DNA of 64,000 bases from Eledone cirrhosa (lineage: Eukaryota), in contig OZ024745.1 in assembly GCA_964016885.1 (NCBI GenBank), positions 33,914,001 through 33,978,000 of the forward strand, written 5' to 3'. Of the stretch, positions 1 to 11,046 are shown one piece after another (positions within the stretch are counted from its first letter, which is position 1; every line of letters starts with the position of its first letter). The position numbers were made by a program, and so were the translations under genes. Below the pieces are notes generated by a model. That model saw only the letters and a list, made by a program, of their open reading frames with translations, was not told where the DNA came from and searched no databases.

Positions 1-20
1 TATTAATTTATATTAACTTG

Positions 21-45
<25 letters not shown>

Positions 46-51
<6 letters not shown>

Positions 52-296
52 GTAAGGGAAACCCAAACACAAGACAATTCCCCTCTTCAGTTGTCCGCTG
101 TGGGTTTCGGATGTTTCGACGCATTAAAGACAACACATCTAACCACAGTGCGTTAATAACTTCAGGAATTTATTAGGGAAGGAAAAGACAAAAAAAGACG
201 AAGTTATTAACGCACTGTAGATAGATGTATTGTCATTAATACGTCGAAACATCGGAGACCCACAGCAGTATTGTCTTATGTTTCCCTTACATTTCT
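46..296. mobile_element. Fold-back (inverted-repeat) element next to (TA)n, probable Penelope-like terminal-repeat derivative
   Basis: Arm 46-163 is the reverse complement of 200-296 (agaaatgtaagggaaac ... gtttcccttacatttct). The right arm lacks ~18 nt containing CTGAAGA. Related single copy at 1928-2010. Confidence 0.7.
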
Positions 297-343
297 AAAC
301 ACTTTTTTTTATTAGTAACCACACAACACCTTGTCCCTTTGTT

Positions 344-416
<73 letters not shown>

Positions 417-502
417 ATAGATATATATGTGTATTTATATACATATGTGTATAATACATATATATATATGTATAAATATATGTGTATTTATATACATATG
501 TG

Positions 503-569
<67 letters not shown>

Positions 570-1603
570 CGTGTGTGTCTGTGTTTGTGTGCGTGCGTGT
601 GAGATGATCCTAGTAGTACTAATGAAGTGATAAAAAAAATCTGGCTCTGTTAATTCATTTCCGCATTGTTACTTTTAACTGAATCATTTATTTCATGTTA
701 TCGATTTGGTTTCAGTGAGGAAAACATTGGTGGAAACTTATTATGTTGTCTGTGACGTATTTGTGAGGAGCAGTATGAGGAATACATTAAGAGTGGGGAT
801 AATGGGAGATACATATGTAGAGTGAGGGAACGATTGGTGTTACGGACACAAAGACAAATAAAGACCATACAAATCGGCGTATCTGCATATATATATACAT
901 GGAGAGAGAGAAAGAGAGAGAGAGAGGAGAGAGACAGATAGATAGAGAGAGAGAGAGAGATAGAGAGAGGTAGATAGAGAGAGAGGGAAAGTGTGTGAGA
1001 GAAGACTGCTCATAAATATTGTCAAGGAATGTGAGTTAAAAAAACGAGTTGGTTTTAAACAAATACATAGGAAGCACATGTAAGTTTAAATAGTTATATT
1101 GAATGTTCGAAATGCTGTCCGTTTGTATGTACGCCATTATTGCGTAGCTTTCCTATCAGTATGTATGTATGTATGTATGTATGTATCTTTGTATGCGAAA
1201 AGTCAACAAGGAAAAACAATACGGAAAAACAATACCGTGAAATAACTGATTTAATCTATTTTCGGACCTAATTGGATCTTCACTAGAAAGTAGGTATATC
1301 ATCTAAGTAGCCATGTGGAAACACGTCTTTGATGGGCTTATATATTCATTCGCTCAAAATATTTTCTGAAATGGACATACTAATTTGCATTTAATTAGCG
1401 CTCGTGCCGGTAGTTAATTAAGGTGTATATTAAGAAGTGCGCTAAGAAGCCAAAGAGTATGATAAAATTATATATGTATATACACAGAGTGAGTAACAGA
1501 GATTGCGCCAATCTCTATATAAATATACGCATATAAATATGCATAGATATGTAAGTATGCCAGAAATACAAATTTCCCTGTAAACTGAAAACTATTATGA
1601 AAA

Positions 1604-1646
1604 CCTTTAATCGATTTTCGGACCTAGTTGAGTCTTTATCAAAAGG
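1604..1646 (-). ncRNA. Type I hammerhead ribozyme motif (U3:A8 variant)
   Basis: Minus strand CCTT-TTGATAA-aGAC tcaactag GTCc-GAAA-ATCGAT-TA-AAGG: stem I CCTT/AAGG, palindromic stem III AATCGATT, UUA site. Degenerate direct copy at 1248-1290. Confidence 0.7.
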
Positions 1647-1758
1647 TGCGTATATCATCGAAACAATCATGTGTGAATGTGTATTTCTGTCTGTACATAT
1701 GTATGTTTTTTTTTATTAACTTCACAGGAATGTGTGAAATGATGTGAAAGTACGCTAA

Positions 1759-1855
1759 TATGTAGGCGATATATATATATTTATACGAAAGTACGTATGT
1801 AGGCGATATATATATATTTATACGAAAGTACGTATGTAGGCGATATATATATATT
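1759..1855. repeat. 37-bp tandem repeat, about 2.6 units
   Basis: tatgtaggcgatatatatatatttatacgaaagtacg starts at 1759, 1796 and 1833. Confidence 0.85.
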
Positions 1856-2066
1856 TTTTCACTGTTTTCTCTTTTCTTCTCTTTTATTTTCCTTCTCCCC
1901 CTCCTCCGTTTTCCCAGTAACTTATCCAGTTATTGACGCCCTGGGCGGTAGATATCTTGTCTTTAAAACGTAGAAATATCCGAGACCCCCAGTAGACAAC
2001 TGATGAGGAAAACTCCCCCCCCCCTCATTCTTGCTTTCTTCTTCTACACAGCCATTTCTATTCTCC

Positions 2067-2101
<35 letters not shown>

Positions 2102-2130
2102 TATATCAATGTATGTATGAATGTATGTAT

Positions 2131-4199
2131 TTGAAAATCAGTCTGTTGAAACTTTGTGGCGAGAAATAAAGAAAATTCTACTTGGGCTAACAGAAATGGC
2201 AGTGCCGCTGTGAACGCCAAAACGCTAGAAACACAAACCCTGGATAACAAAGACAATTATCCGCGAACGGAAGTTAAGAAACGCTGCTTGGGGGCACTAT
2301 CAAGAGACCATGTCTGCGACGGCATTTGAAGTCTACAGAAAGCAGCGAAATCATGTCGAGCATATTTCCAGAATTGGAAGGCAACGTTTTGAAAGGAAAC
2401 TTGCAAATGATGCCAGTCGTAATCCAAAGTGCTTTTATACTCACGTGCAGAGAAATTTAAAAAAATGAATAACCAAATTGTCACTCTCCGAAACCCCGAA
2501 GGTGCAGTTATTGAGCACGCTGACCAACAAGCTTCTCTTTTTGCCGATGTTTTCGCAAATATCTTCAAAGAGGACGATGGCAGAGAACCTCCAAATCTAA
2601 ACACTATCGCCCCACCCATGCAGCCAACCACCGTCAGACTGACGAAGTGGAAAAGTTACTTTTGTCCTTAGATGTGAATAAGGGGCACGGTCCAGACGGT
2701 CTACATCCAGCGATATTCGGTGTAGTTGCATCCAACCTTGCTAAACCTCTAGCCACACTATTCAACCTATCATTGGCTACCGGAGTTGTTCCTCCCGACT
2801 GGAAAGTAGCTACAATTTGCCTTATCTTTAAAAAAGGTGACAAAGAAGACCCGGGGAACTACAGACTCGTGAGCCTCACCTCAATTGTCTGTAAGGCCTT
2901 GGAATCTCTAATCAAGCGAGCAATTATGACTCATCTTGCGTCTTTCACTGCCATCACTCCATCTCAACACGGTTTCATCCTGAAACCTTCCTGTCTCACA
3001 AACCTACTCGTGATGGAAGAATGGGTGACGAGGATAATGGACGATGGAGATGCGGCCGATATTATCTTTCTCGACTTCGCCAAAGCCTTTGACTGTCAAC
3101 CACCACCTGCTCCTGCATAAGCTCAGCAACTACGGTCTCCATGACTCGATTATAAAGCGGATTAGATCATTTCTTGAGGGTCGTACTTGCAGAATTCGGA
3201 TCAATGGCAGTCTGTCATCGGGGGTGGATGTAGGCAGTGGCGTTCCCAAGGGCTCTGTGTTGGGCCCACTTCTCTTCCTTCTATACATCAACGACATGCC
3301 GGACGTGATTGGTGGAAACGTGCTCCTATTTGCAGATGATGTAAAAATGGTAGCGCGTAGGAGCGAGATAGACAATCTCAAGTTCAGCCTCCAGCGCGTC
3401 TGGAGTTGGTCCATTGACTGGGATTTATACCTCAATGTCGATAAGTGTTGCCATATGGCAGTGGGTACACCTTATAACTCAGCTCTTACCTTCAACAGGG
3501 GCAGTGTTCCTTTTAAGGAGGTTGAGGAGACTAAAGATCTTGGTCTGCTGGTCCACTCGTCCTTCAAACCATCAAAACATTGCATTCAAGCCGCAAACAA
3601 GACAAGGAGCTTTCTTTTTCTTATTCGACGCTCCTTTGCCAAACTCACTCCAGAAATTTTCAAGCCTCTCTATGTCGCCCTCGTGAGACCGCACCTAGAA
3701 TATCTCATCTGGGATATCCATCACTTGGAGAGAGTTCAACGACTAGCGACTCGAATGGTACAGGGTCTTCTTGAATAGCCCTACGAAAGCCGGCTGCAGT
3801 AGCTGAACCTCCTCTCCTTGGAGCGTTGACGGCTACGAGGCGATCTCATTTTGGCTTACAATCTCTTCAATGGCCATTACGATCTGCCTCAAGATCTCCT
3901 CTTCACTCCGGCACTTGAAAGGGGTCTACGTGGACATGACAAAAAGGTGTTTCACCGCCGCTTTCGCCTAAATAGATGGAAAGCTGCTTTCTCGATCCGC
4001 ATCTCTGGACCCTGGAATCGGCTTCCAGAAGAAGTAGTCAACGCGCCAACCACGCAACAATTCAAGGCGAAATTGGACCGGTTTTGGCTCACTGTGTTTC
4101 CGACTGTGTAAATTTTGCCCCTCTCCCCTCCTTACATGGCATCTGAAGCATCTATGTTTTATTTTCTGCCAAATATATTTTATTGAATTGAATTGAATA
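2131..4199 (+). mobile_element. 5'-truncated CR1-like LINE, ORF2 reverse transcriptase pseudogene
   Basis: Frameshifted ORFs 2429-2671, 2647-3120, 3044-3778, 3851-4111 carry GPDG, NYRLVSLTS, FLDFAKAFD, GVPKGSVLGPLLF, LFADD and the CR1-type C-terminus LRGHDKK..WNRLP. Upstream linker KPWIT. Short 3' UTR ends in (TTGAA)3. Confidence 0.9.
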
Positions 4200-4276
4200 T
4201 CTATGTATACATCCATAATGTACGTAAATATGTATAAAGTATGTATGCGTGCATAGTGTATGTATGCATGTATGGG

Positions 4277-4600
4277 AAGAAGCGTGGCTTTGGGGTTAGG
4301 GTATTCATCTCACAATCGTAAGGTTGTGAGTTCGATTCCCGGCGGCATGTGTTCGTGAGCAAAAACTTTACATTGCTCCAGTCAACTTCAGTCAACTCAA
4401 CTGGCAAAAATGAGTTGTACCTGTAGTTCGAAGGACCAGCCTTGTCACACACTGTGTGACACTGAATCTTCTTGAGAACTACGTAAAGCGTACACGTGTC
4501 TGTAGAATGCTCAGCCACTTGAACGTTAATTTCACGAGCAGGCTGTTCCGCTGATCGGATCAACTGGAACACTCGTCGTCGGAACCGACGGAGTGTCTCC
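4277..4600 (+). mobile_element. tRNA-derived SINE (family 2)
   Basis: A-box-like gtggctttggggttagg and B-box gagttcgattcc. Body recurs inverted at ~16805-16930 and head recurs inverted at ~24500-24615. Followed by (ATGT)n tail. Confidence 0.7.
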
Positions 4601-5382
4601 ATGTATGTATGTTTGTCTGTCTGTATGTATGTATGCACGAATCTATGTATGCACGAATGTATGTATGTATGCATGTATGCACGTATGCACGTATATATGT
4701 ATGCACATATGTATGCACGTATATATGTATGCACGTTTGTATGCATGTATGCACGCATATATGCATTACATGTTCGTTTATATGTGTGCTGTATGTGTTT
4801 GAATGGCATGTAGATAGGTGCATAGGTGCTGACATATTTGTCTCAGTGAATACCAGTTTATGTGCATTCATGCATGTTGTAATAAAAGGCGTACCAGATA
4901 CATATTAGATATGCATTATATCACACTTCGTCTCATTGTTTATGTATGTATGTGTAAGTATATATGTATTTATGTGTGTATGTATGTATGTATGTATGCA
5001 TGTATGTACATGTATGTGTGGATGTCAGCATGTATGTACATATGTATGTATGGGTGTACGTATGTAAGTATGCATGTATGTGTGTGCTTTTGTATGTATG
5101 TAATTATGTATGAAAGTATGCATTATGTGTGTATGTATATATATACATGTATGCACAGACACGCATATATACATGACACGCACACATCCATACACTTCTC
5201 ACACACACACACACATACACATATATTAGATTCACAGAATATTTAGCCTAGATGCATACTAGTTACACTATTATCACCGAATCAGTGAATTTGTGTGTGT
5301 TGGTGTGAATATAAGAGTGTTTGTGTGTGTATGTGTGTATATATATATATATATATACATGTATATATATATACATGTATAT

Positions 5383-5421
<39 letters not shown>

Positions 5422-5495
5422 TGTGTGTGTATATATATATACATATATATATACACACATGTGTATATATATATATATATATATATACATACACA

Positions 5496-5555
<60 letters not shown>

Positions 5556-5637
5556 CACATATATATATGTGTGTGTGTATGTATATATATATATATATAT
5601 ATAATAATATATCCTCGCAAAACTAATTCATCGCCGT

Positions 5638-5671
<34 letters not shown>

Positions 5672-5706
5672 TACATACACATATATACATCTCGTATATA
5701 TATATG

Positions 5707-5739
<33 letters not shown>

Positions 5740-5783
5740 ATGTGTGTGTGTACGTGCGTGTGTGTGCGTGTGCGTGTGTGTGT
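4601..5783. repeat. Compound (ATGT)n/(AT)n/(GT)n microsatellite region
   Basis: Direct inspection; generates the spurious YI/CV ORFs. Confidence 0.9.
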
Positions 5784-6136
5784 GATGAATGAGTGTGAAG
5801 CTACCCAAGTGAATATCTTCTAAAGCTATGCTAAACACGCACTCAATGAATATGGATTTAGTCGGTTGGACGGGAAAAAGAGAAAATAACCTTGGACGTA
5901 TCGATTAAGCACACAAGTAATATATTCACGACTAAGGGAAGTAACTCATGTAGCATAATCACTATTAGCAATGGACAGCGTTCAGAAAACATTATGGCGA
6001 TGATGATGGTGATGATGCTAATGTTAATTATGATGTATCTCATTATTGCCCAACTTTAGGCATTCCTAATGAGTCTTTCTACAGAGGTTATTGTCAGGTA
6101 GTAGAGCACCAACACATCTAAATGTCCTGTCTGCTG

Positions 6137-6960
6137 TGATGATGATGAACATAGTGATGATGGTAGTGGTGGTGGTGGTGGTGAAGATGATGATGATGAA
6201 CATAGTGATGATGGTGATGATGATGGTGGTGGTGGTGGTGGTGGTGAAGATGATGATGATGAACATAAAGGAGATGGTAATGATGATGGTGGTGGTGGTG
6301 AAGATGATGATGGTGAAGATAATGATGATGGTGATGATGATGGCGGGGGTGGTGGTGAAGATGATGATGGTTATGATGGTGATGATGGTGATGATGATGA
6401 TGGTGGTGGTGGTGGTGAAGATGATGATGGTTATGATGGTGATGATGGTGATGATGATGGTGGTGGTGGTGGTGGTGGTGATGATGGTGGTGGTGGTGAC
6501 GATGATGATGGTTATGATGGTGAAGATAGTGATGATGATGATTGTGATGATGATGGTGGTGAAGATGATGGTGGTGGTGGTGAAGATGATGATGGTGAAG
6601 ATAGTGATTAATGGTGATGGTGATGGTGGTGATGATGATTGTGATGATGGGAAAGGTAGTTATGATGGTGATGATGGTGATGATGATGATGGTGGCGGTG
6701 AAGATAGTGTTGATGATGATGATGATGATGATGATTTTGAAGATAGTGATGATGATGATGATGATGGTGATGGTGGTGGTGAAGATGATGATGGCTATGG
6801 TGATGATAGTGATGATGATGATGATGAAGATAGTGATGATGATGATGATGAAGATAGTGATGATGATGATGATGATGATGGTGATATGTTAATTATGATT
6901 ATAACGAAATAACGATAGAATGATGATGATAATGATGGTGATGATGATGGCGATGGTAAT
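6137..6960. repeat. (GAT/GGT)n trinucleotide low-complexity array
   Basis: About 800 bp of gat/ggt triplets; the poly-M/V/D ORFs are artefacts. Confidence 0.92.
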
Positions 6961-7377
6961 ACATAACGATTGTGAGGATGACTTACTAAACTGCTCCTCC
7001 ATTTGATGGGGTGAAGAATGATTTAATCAAATGTTGGTGCTTGAAGAAAAGTAATTTTACATCCTCTGGGATTTGAACTTAGAACCCGAAACGGCTTTAC
7101 TATATCCTCGTTCTCTACCATTTCTTTCATACTACAAAAGCCTTAATGATATAAACAATGATAATTATTATAATATTGATGATGACAATGATGATGATAA
7201 TGATGACAATGATTTCTTCATCTCTCATACATATGTAGATACAAAATTCATGATATATATATATATATATATATATATGCGATGAAATACCAATGATGGT
7301 TGGCAAATCATTGACGAAGGACTATTTTTATCATATGTAACCCATGTGCAAACCACGCAGTATTCCTCTTTCTTCTC

Positions 7378-7417
<40 letters not shown>

Positions 7418-7419
<2 letters not shown>

Positions 7420-7555
7420 GAAAAAGAGATGAAATCGAAAATGCAACTGGAGTCTTATTTAAAAAAAATATATATATATTTATTTGGTTCCTTTACCAGT
7501 TTCGCAGTTCTTCTGCTTTTCAAAAGGTGAGTTGAGATGGAGGGTCTGTGGTTTT

Positions 7556-7562
<7 letters not shown>
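7418..7562 (-). mobile_element. Single-arm copy of a hammerhead-bearing element between (TA)n tracts
   Basis: Closely matches the left arm of 46236-46510. Hammerhead at 7490-7527 minus: CCTT-TTGAAAA-GCAG aagaa CTGC-GAAAC-TG-GTA-AAGG. Confidence 0.8.
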
Positions 7563-7612
<50 letters not shown>

Positions 7613-7617
<5 letters not shown>

Positions 7618-7993
7618 ATAATAATAAATTTGAAGACTAAAATCCAAAGAGGGCTCGATAAGGATAAATATATATCAAATATATAAGAACCGTTAAGGGT
7701 GAAAGCAGCTATTCTCTGCTTAAACTTATATATTTGATCACATGAATGTCTATATTTATTAATATTTTAAATTAATATTAATAACTCCAGAAAACTTCTT
7801 TGTTGAGTGCTTCTAAACTATATTGATTAATCAATGAACCTTGTTTAACTTTTGGTTATATATATATATATATATATATATTTATTAAAATAACAGATTA
7901 AAGTTTAAGCAAAGAATCGCTGCTTTCACCCTTACGGTTCTTATATATCGAGCCCTCTTTGGATTTTAGTCTTCAATTTTATTATTATTACTA
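7613..7993. mobile_element. Inverted-repeat element between (TA)n tracts
   Basis: 7613-7727 is the reverse complement of ~7900-7993 with an internal deletion. Rearranged third copy at 50009-50155. Confidence 0.7.
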
Positions 7994-8012
7994 TATATAT
8001 ATATATATATAA

Positions 8013-8244
8013 GTTATTCCTGGTTGAATCGGAGGTAACCACAGTAAGTAAAGTACTCAATACATTGCAGAGTATAAAAGTTTTAATATAGAAGAGCTTC
8101 TATAGGACTACAACCGTTCCATTCGTGAGATATCATCAGGAAGCTGGCTGTCCAACTAAAGTGGTAGTAAAATGGACAGCCAGCTTCCTGGTGATTTCTC
8201 ACGAATGAAACAGTTCTAGTCCCGTAGAAGCTCTTCTATATTAA
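8013..8244. mobile_element. Fold-back element with a hammerhead motif in each arm
   Basis: Arms 8083-8154 / 8173-8244. Plus arm AGCTTC-CTGGTGA-tTTCtcacGAAt-GAAAC..GTA-GAAGCT (8182-8232). Minus arm has intact CTGATGA but GGAAC. (TA)n on both sides. Same motif family at 59405-59450. Confidence 0.8.
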
Positions 8245-8317
8245 TATATATATATATATATATATAAAGCGGACGTAAAATGATGATGATGATAATGATA
8301 ATGATAATGATAATGAT

Positions 8318-8532
<215 letters not shown>

Positions 8533-8989
8533 GTGCATATAACAATGAAAAAAGGCAGAAGTCAGACGTAGGTATGTGTATGCATGTACGCACACAGACA
8601 CACACACACACACACACGCATACTGACGTTGAGCACTATTCCATTATATATCAATATCTATTTCGAGATAATTTATGTGCGTCTTGTAATATACATTTGT
8701 GAAGTATACGGCATCTGGACTTTTTTGACCCCCGTTGCAAGCTATCAGTCATTATCTGTTATGGTAATTATAAATATTATTTCCATTATCTGCTGTTTTC
8801 TGTTTTGTTGTTTTTTCATCGATAAATAATGTAATCGAGGCAGCATTTTTCAGCCATTGATCATATTCAAAAGAAAAAGTCGAAAGTTGATATCAGTCGA
8901 CCTAGAATAGTAGAATCAGAAACAGACTGTGTCATAAAATGATACTGAATAACAGACTGCTGATGCTGAGGGTCAGAGACATACTATTA

Positions 8990-9180
8990 TATGGGAGTCA
9001 ACTGAAAAGTTCATAGGCTCACCAAGGAATGACCAAATGAGGTCTATTTTCCAACATAGTCTCTGCAAACAAACAATGCAGTTATTAATAAGAAGAGTTG
9101 AAACCAATGTATGCAAGATTTCACAACACTAGCATCACCCCTTCATAGTCAGCATATAAACTTTTCAGCCTACCCTCGTA
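8990..9180. mobile_element. Mariner-derived MITE
   Basis: Imperfect ~30-bp TIRs (TAtgggagtcaactgaaaagttcataggctcac / gtcagcatataaacttttcagcctaccctcgTA), TA at both ends; resembles the TACGAGG..GAAAAGTT end at 60415. Confidence 0.7.
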
Positions 9181-9485
9181 CTTGTCATCTAAGGAGCGTT
9201 CCGGTTTTGTTTCAGTTTTATGTATAGTGGTTATGACATCAGTTTTTCGTTTGCCTTTCTTTCAACCTTCTTTTCTGCTCTTTATCCAGCACAGGGTTTC
9301 ATGGGGCGTTCCCCAAATGACCGTATGGCCATTGTGCATCTGTTTCTGTTAATAGATATCTCCATCGAAACGGATATTTCAGTATATTGTAAATACATAT
9401 CTCCCCATATAGAGAACAGCATTATACATAACAGTGTTAACGTTTATATAAAGATGCATATTACTTATATAGACATGTTTTAGGT

Positions 9486-10272
9486 ACGTGCCTCGGAGAT
9501 TCTGCTCTCGCCGATGGCCACCACATTTATGTTCAGTGACTCGAGGTTGTTGAGCAAGTGACCTTGCTTCCAAGGCGACCCCAGGCCAATTATATTGCCT
9601 ATTTTGTGAGAGGTCATGATGAATGAAGTTGGAAATAAGAGAGAGGGAGAACTTGCCCCTTGCTTTCTGGTGGGGGTACGATTGCTTCGTCTGTCTGGCT
9701 AGATGTGGCTTTCTGCACAAGGATGTCTGTATATTCTTCTGGAGACTTTTCTCGGAAGTCTCCATTTGAATCGTGGAATTTTGTGTTAAATGCGTGTAGT
9801 TTTTTGGTTTATTTCTGTTATTTTTATGTGTGGGTGGTGTGAATTGTTGAGGTGTTGTGCAGTTTTGTATCTGTGTTGTTGGAGTTGTGCTGCATGTAGT
9901 TAAGTAAATTTTTGCTGTGCAGTGTATGACACTTGTATCATTTTGTTGGAATGGAGTTTGAAGTTGCGGATGTGGGTTTGTTTTTGTTTGCGTTGTTCTT
10001 GGTGTTTGTTTTGCGGTGTTGCTAGTGGTGGTGGTGGGCTGATGATGGTGATGATGTTGGTGATGGCGGTGGGGCTGATGATGAAAATGATGATGGTGGT
10101 GGCGCTGACATTTTGACATTTTTTCTTTGTCTGTTTCGTCTTCTTCCTCATCACAATATGTGTCCAATTGTGTGACGTCGGGGAGGGGTATGTCTCCCAC
10201 AGGCAATGGTGTTGCAGTTGGTGGTGGAGATAGTGGTTTTGTTTTCGCCGCTTTTGATGCTGGTGCTAGTTT
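9486..10272 (-). pseudogene. Internal fragment of Tx1-like LINE (ORF1 C-terminus plus start of APE endonuclease)
   Basis: Collinear with 29478-30345 (DIPLPDVTQLDTYCDEEE vs DFPLPGLSQLETDCDDEE; cttccaaggcgacccc vs cttccatgacgacccc); frameshifted. Confidence 0.85.
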
Positions 10273-10469
10273 TTTGCGGCTACTGTAGATAAAAATAATA
10301 CTAAATATAATAGAAAAAAGAAATAATAATACGGTAATAAACATAAATGTTCTAGCCACTGTAGTAATAAGTTACAGTTATAATATTCTCAATTGGGCGC
10401 TAAATGAGTTAGTATGACTAGACAGAAAGAAAACAATTAAGAAAAATAATGACATTATTTAGAATACAT

Positions 10470-10655
10470 CTGGATTGGCAGTATTGGTAGAGGGCCGGAC
10501 GCCATGCTTTTACGCAAAGAGTTACGCCCCTTTCCATTCTGAGTTCAAATCCCACCGAGGTTAACTTTGCCTTTCATCCTTACGGGGTCGATAAAATAAA
10601 GTACCAGTAATACACTGGGTAATTGCTGGCCTTGTGCCAAAAGTAGAAACAATTA
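10470..10655 (+). mobile_element. tRNA-derived SINE (family 1, the most abundant repeat here)
   Basis: B-box gagttcaaatcc then aactttgcctttcatcc..gtcgataaaataaagtaccag. Further copies near 11330, 11600, 11850, 15690, 19340, 20040, 21000, 21800, 22000, 38560, 39400, 47880, 50480, 51500, 54450, 57170. Confidence 0.85.
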
Positions 10656-10920
10656 TTTAGAATACATCACCCGTAATTCTGACAGAACTATTATACTTAC
10701 TAAGTGTGAATGTTCTTCTGCAACGAGAAATGTATTATAATATATCTACTGTTGACTAATGGAAGGCTAAAACAACCAGCTAGAAAACACACAAGCACAC
10801 ATAGAAAATTATACGAATGTTTTTCTGATTTTAAGGAAGCCAAAAATACGAATATAAAACATATCCATTTGAAAAAAAGAGTCCCGCGTGGCTAAAAACA
10901 TACGAATGAAAAAAGAATAT

Positions 10921-11046
10921 GGGCGAAGACAGGATAATGAACGAATACAGACAGTCCCATATCATTAGTCAACCACTGGGAGTATGTCTAGCGGTTGACT
11001 GTTGAGATGGAACTGTCTGTATTCGTTTATTTTCCTGTCTTCACCC
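10921..11046. repeat. Isolated imperfect hairpin, ~59-bp arms (MITE-like)
   Basis: gggcgaagacaggataatgaacgaatacagacagt ... actgtctgtattcgtttattttcctgtcttcaccc. Confidence 0.75.

Noticed and set aside
6091-6912. 273-aa M/V/D-rich ORF resembling an acidic biomineral protein
   Set aside because: Pure GAT/GGT trinucleotide expansion with no unique sequence or splice support.
10470-10560. tRNA gene
   Set aside because: A/B boxes belong to the SINE head; no cloverleaf, and it continues into the SINE body.
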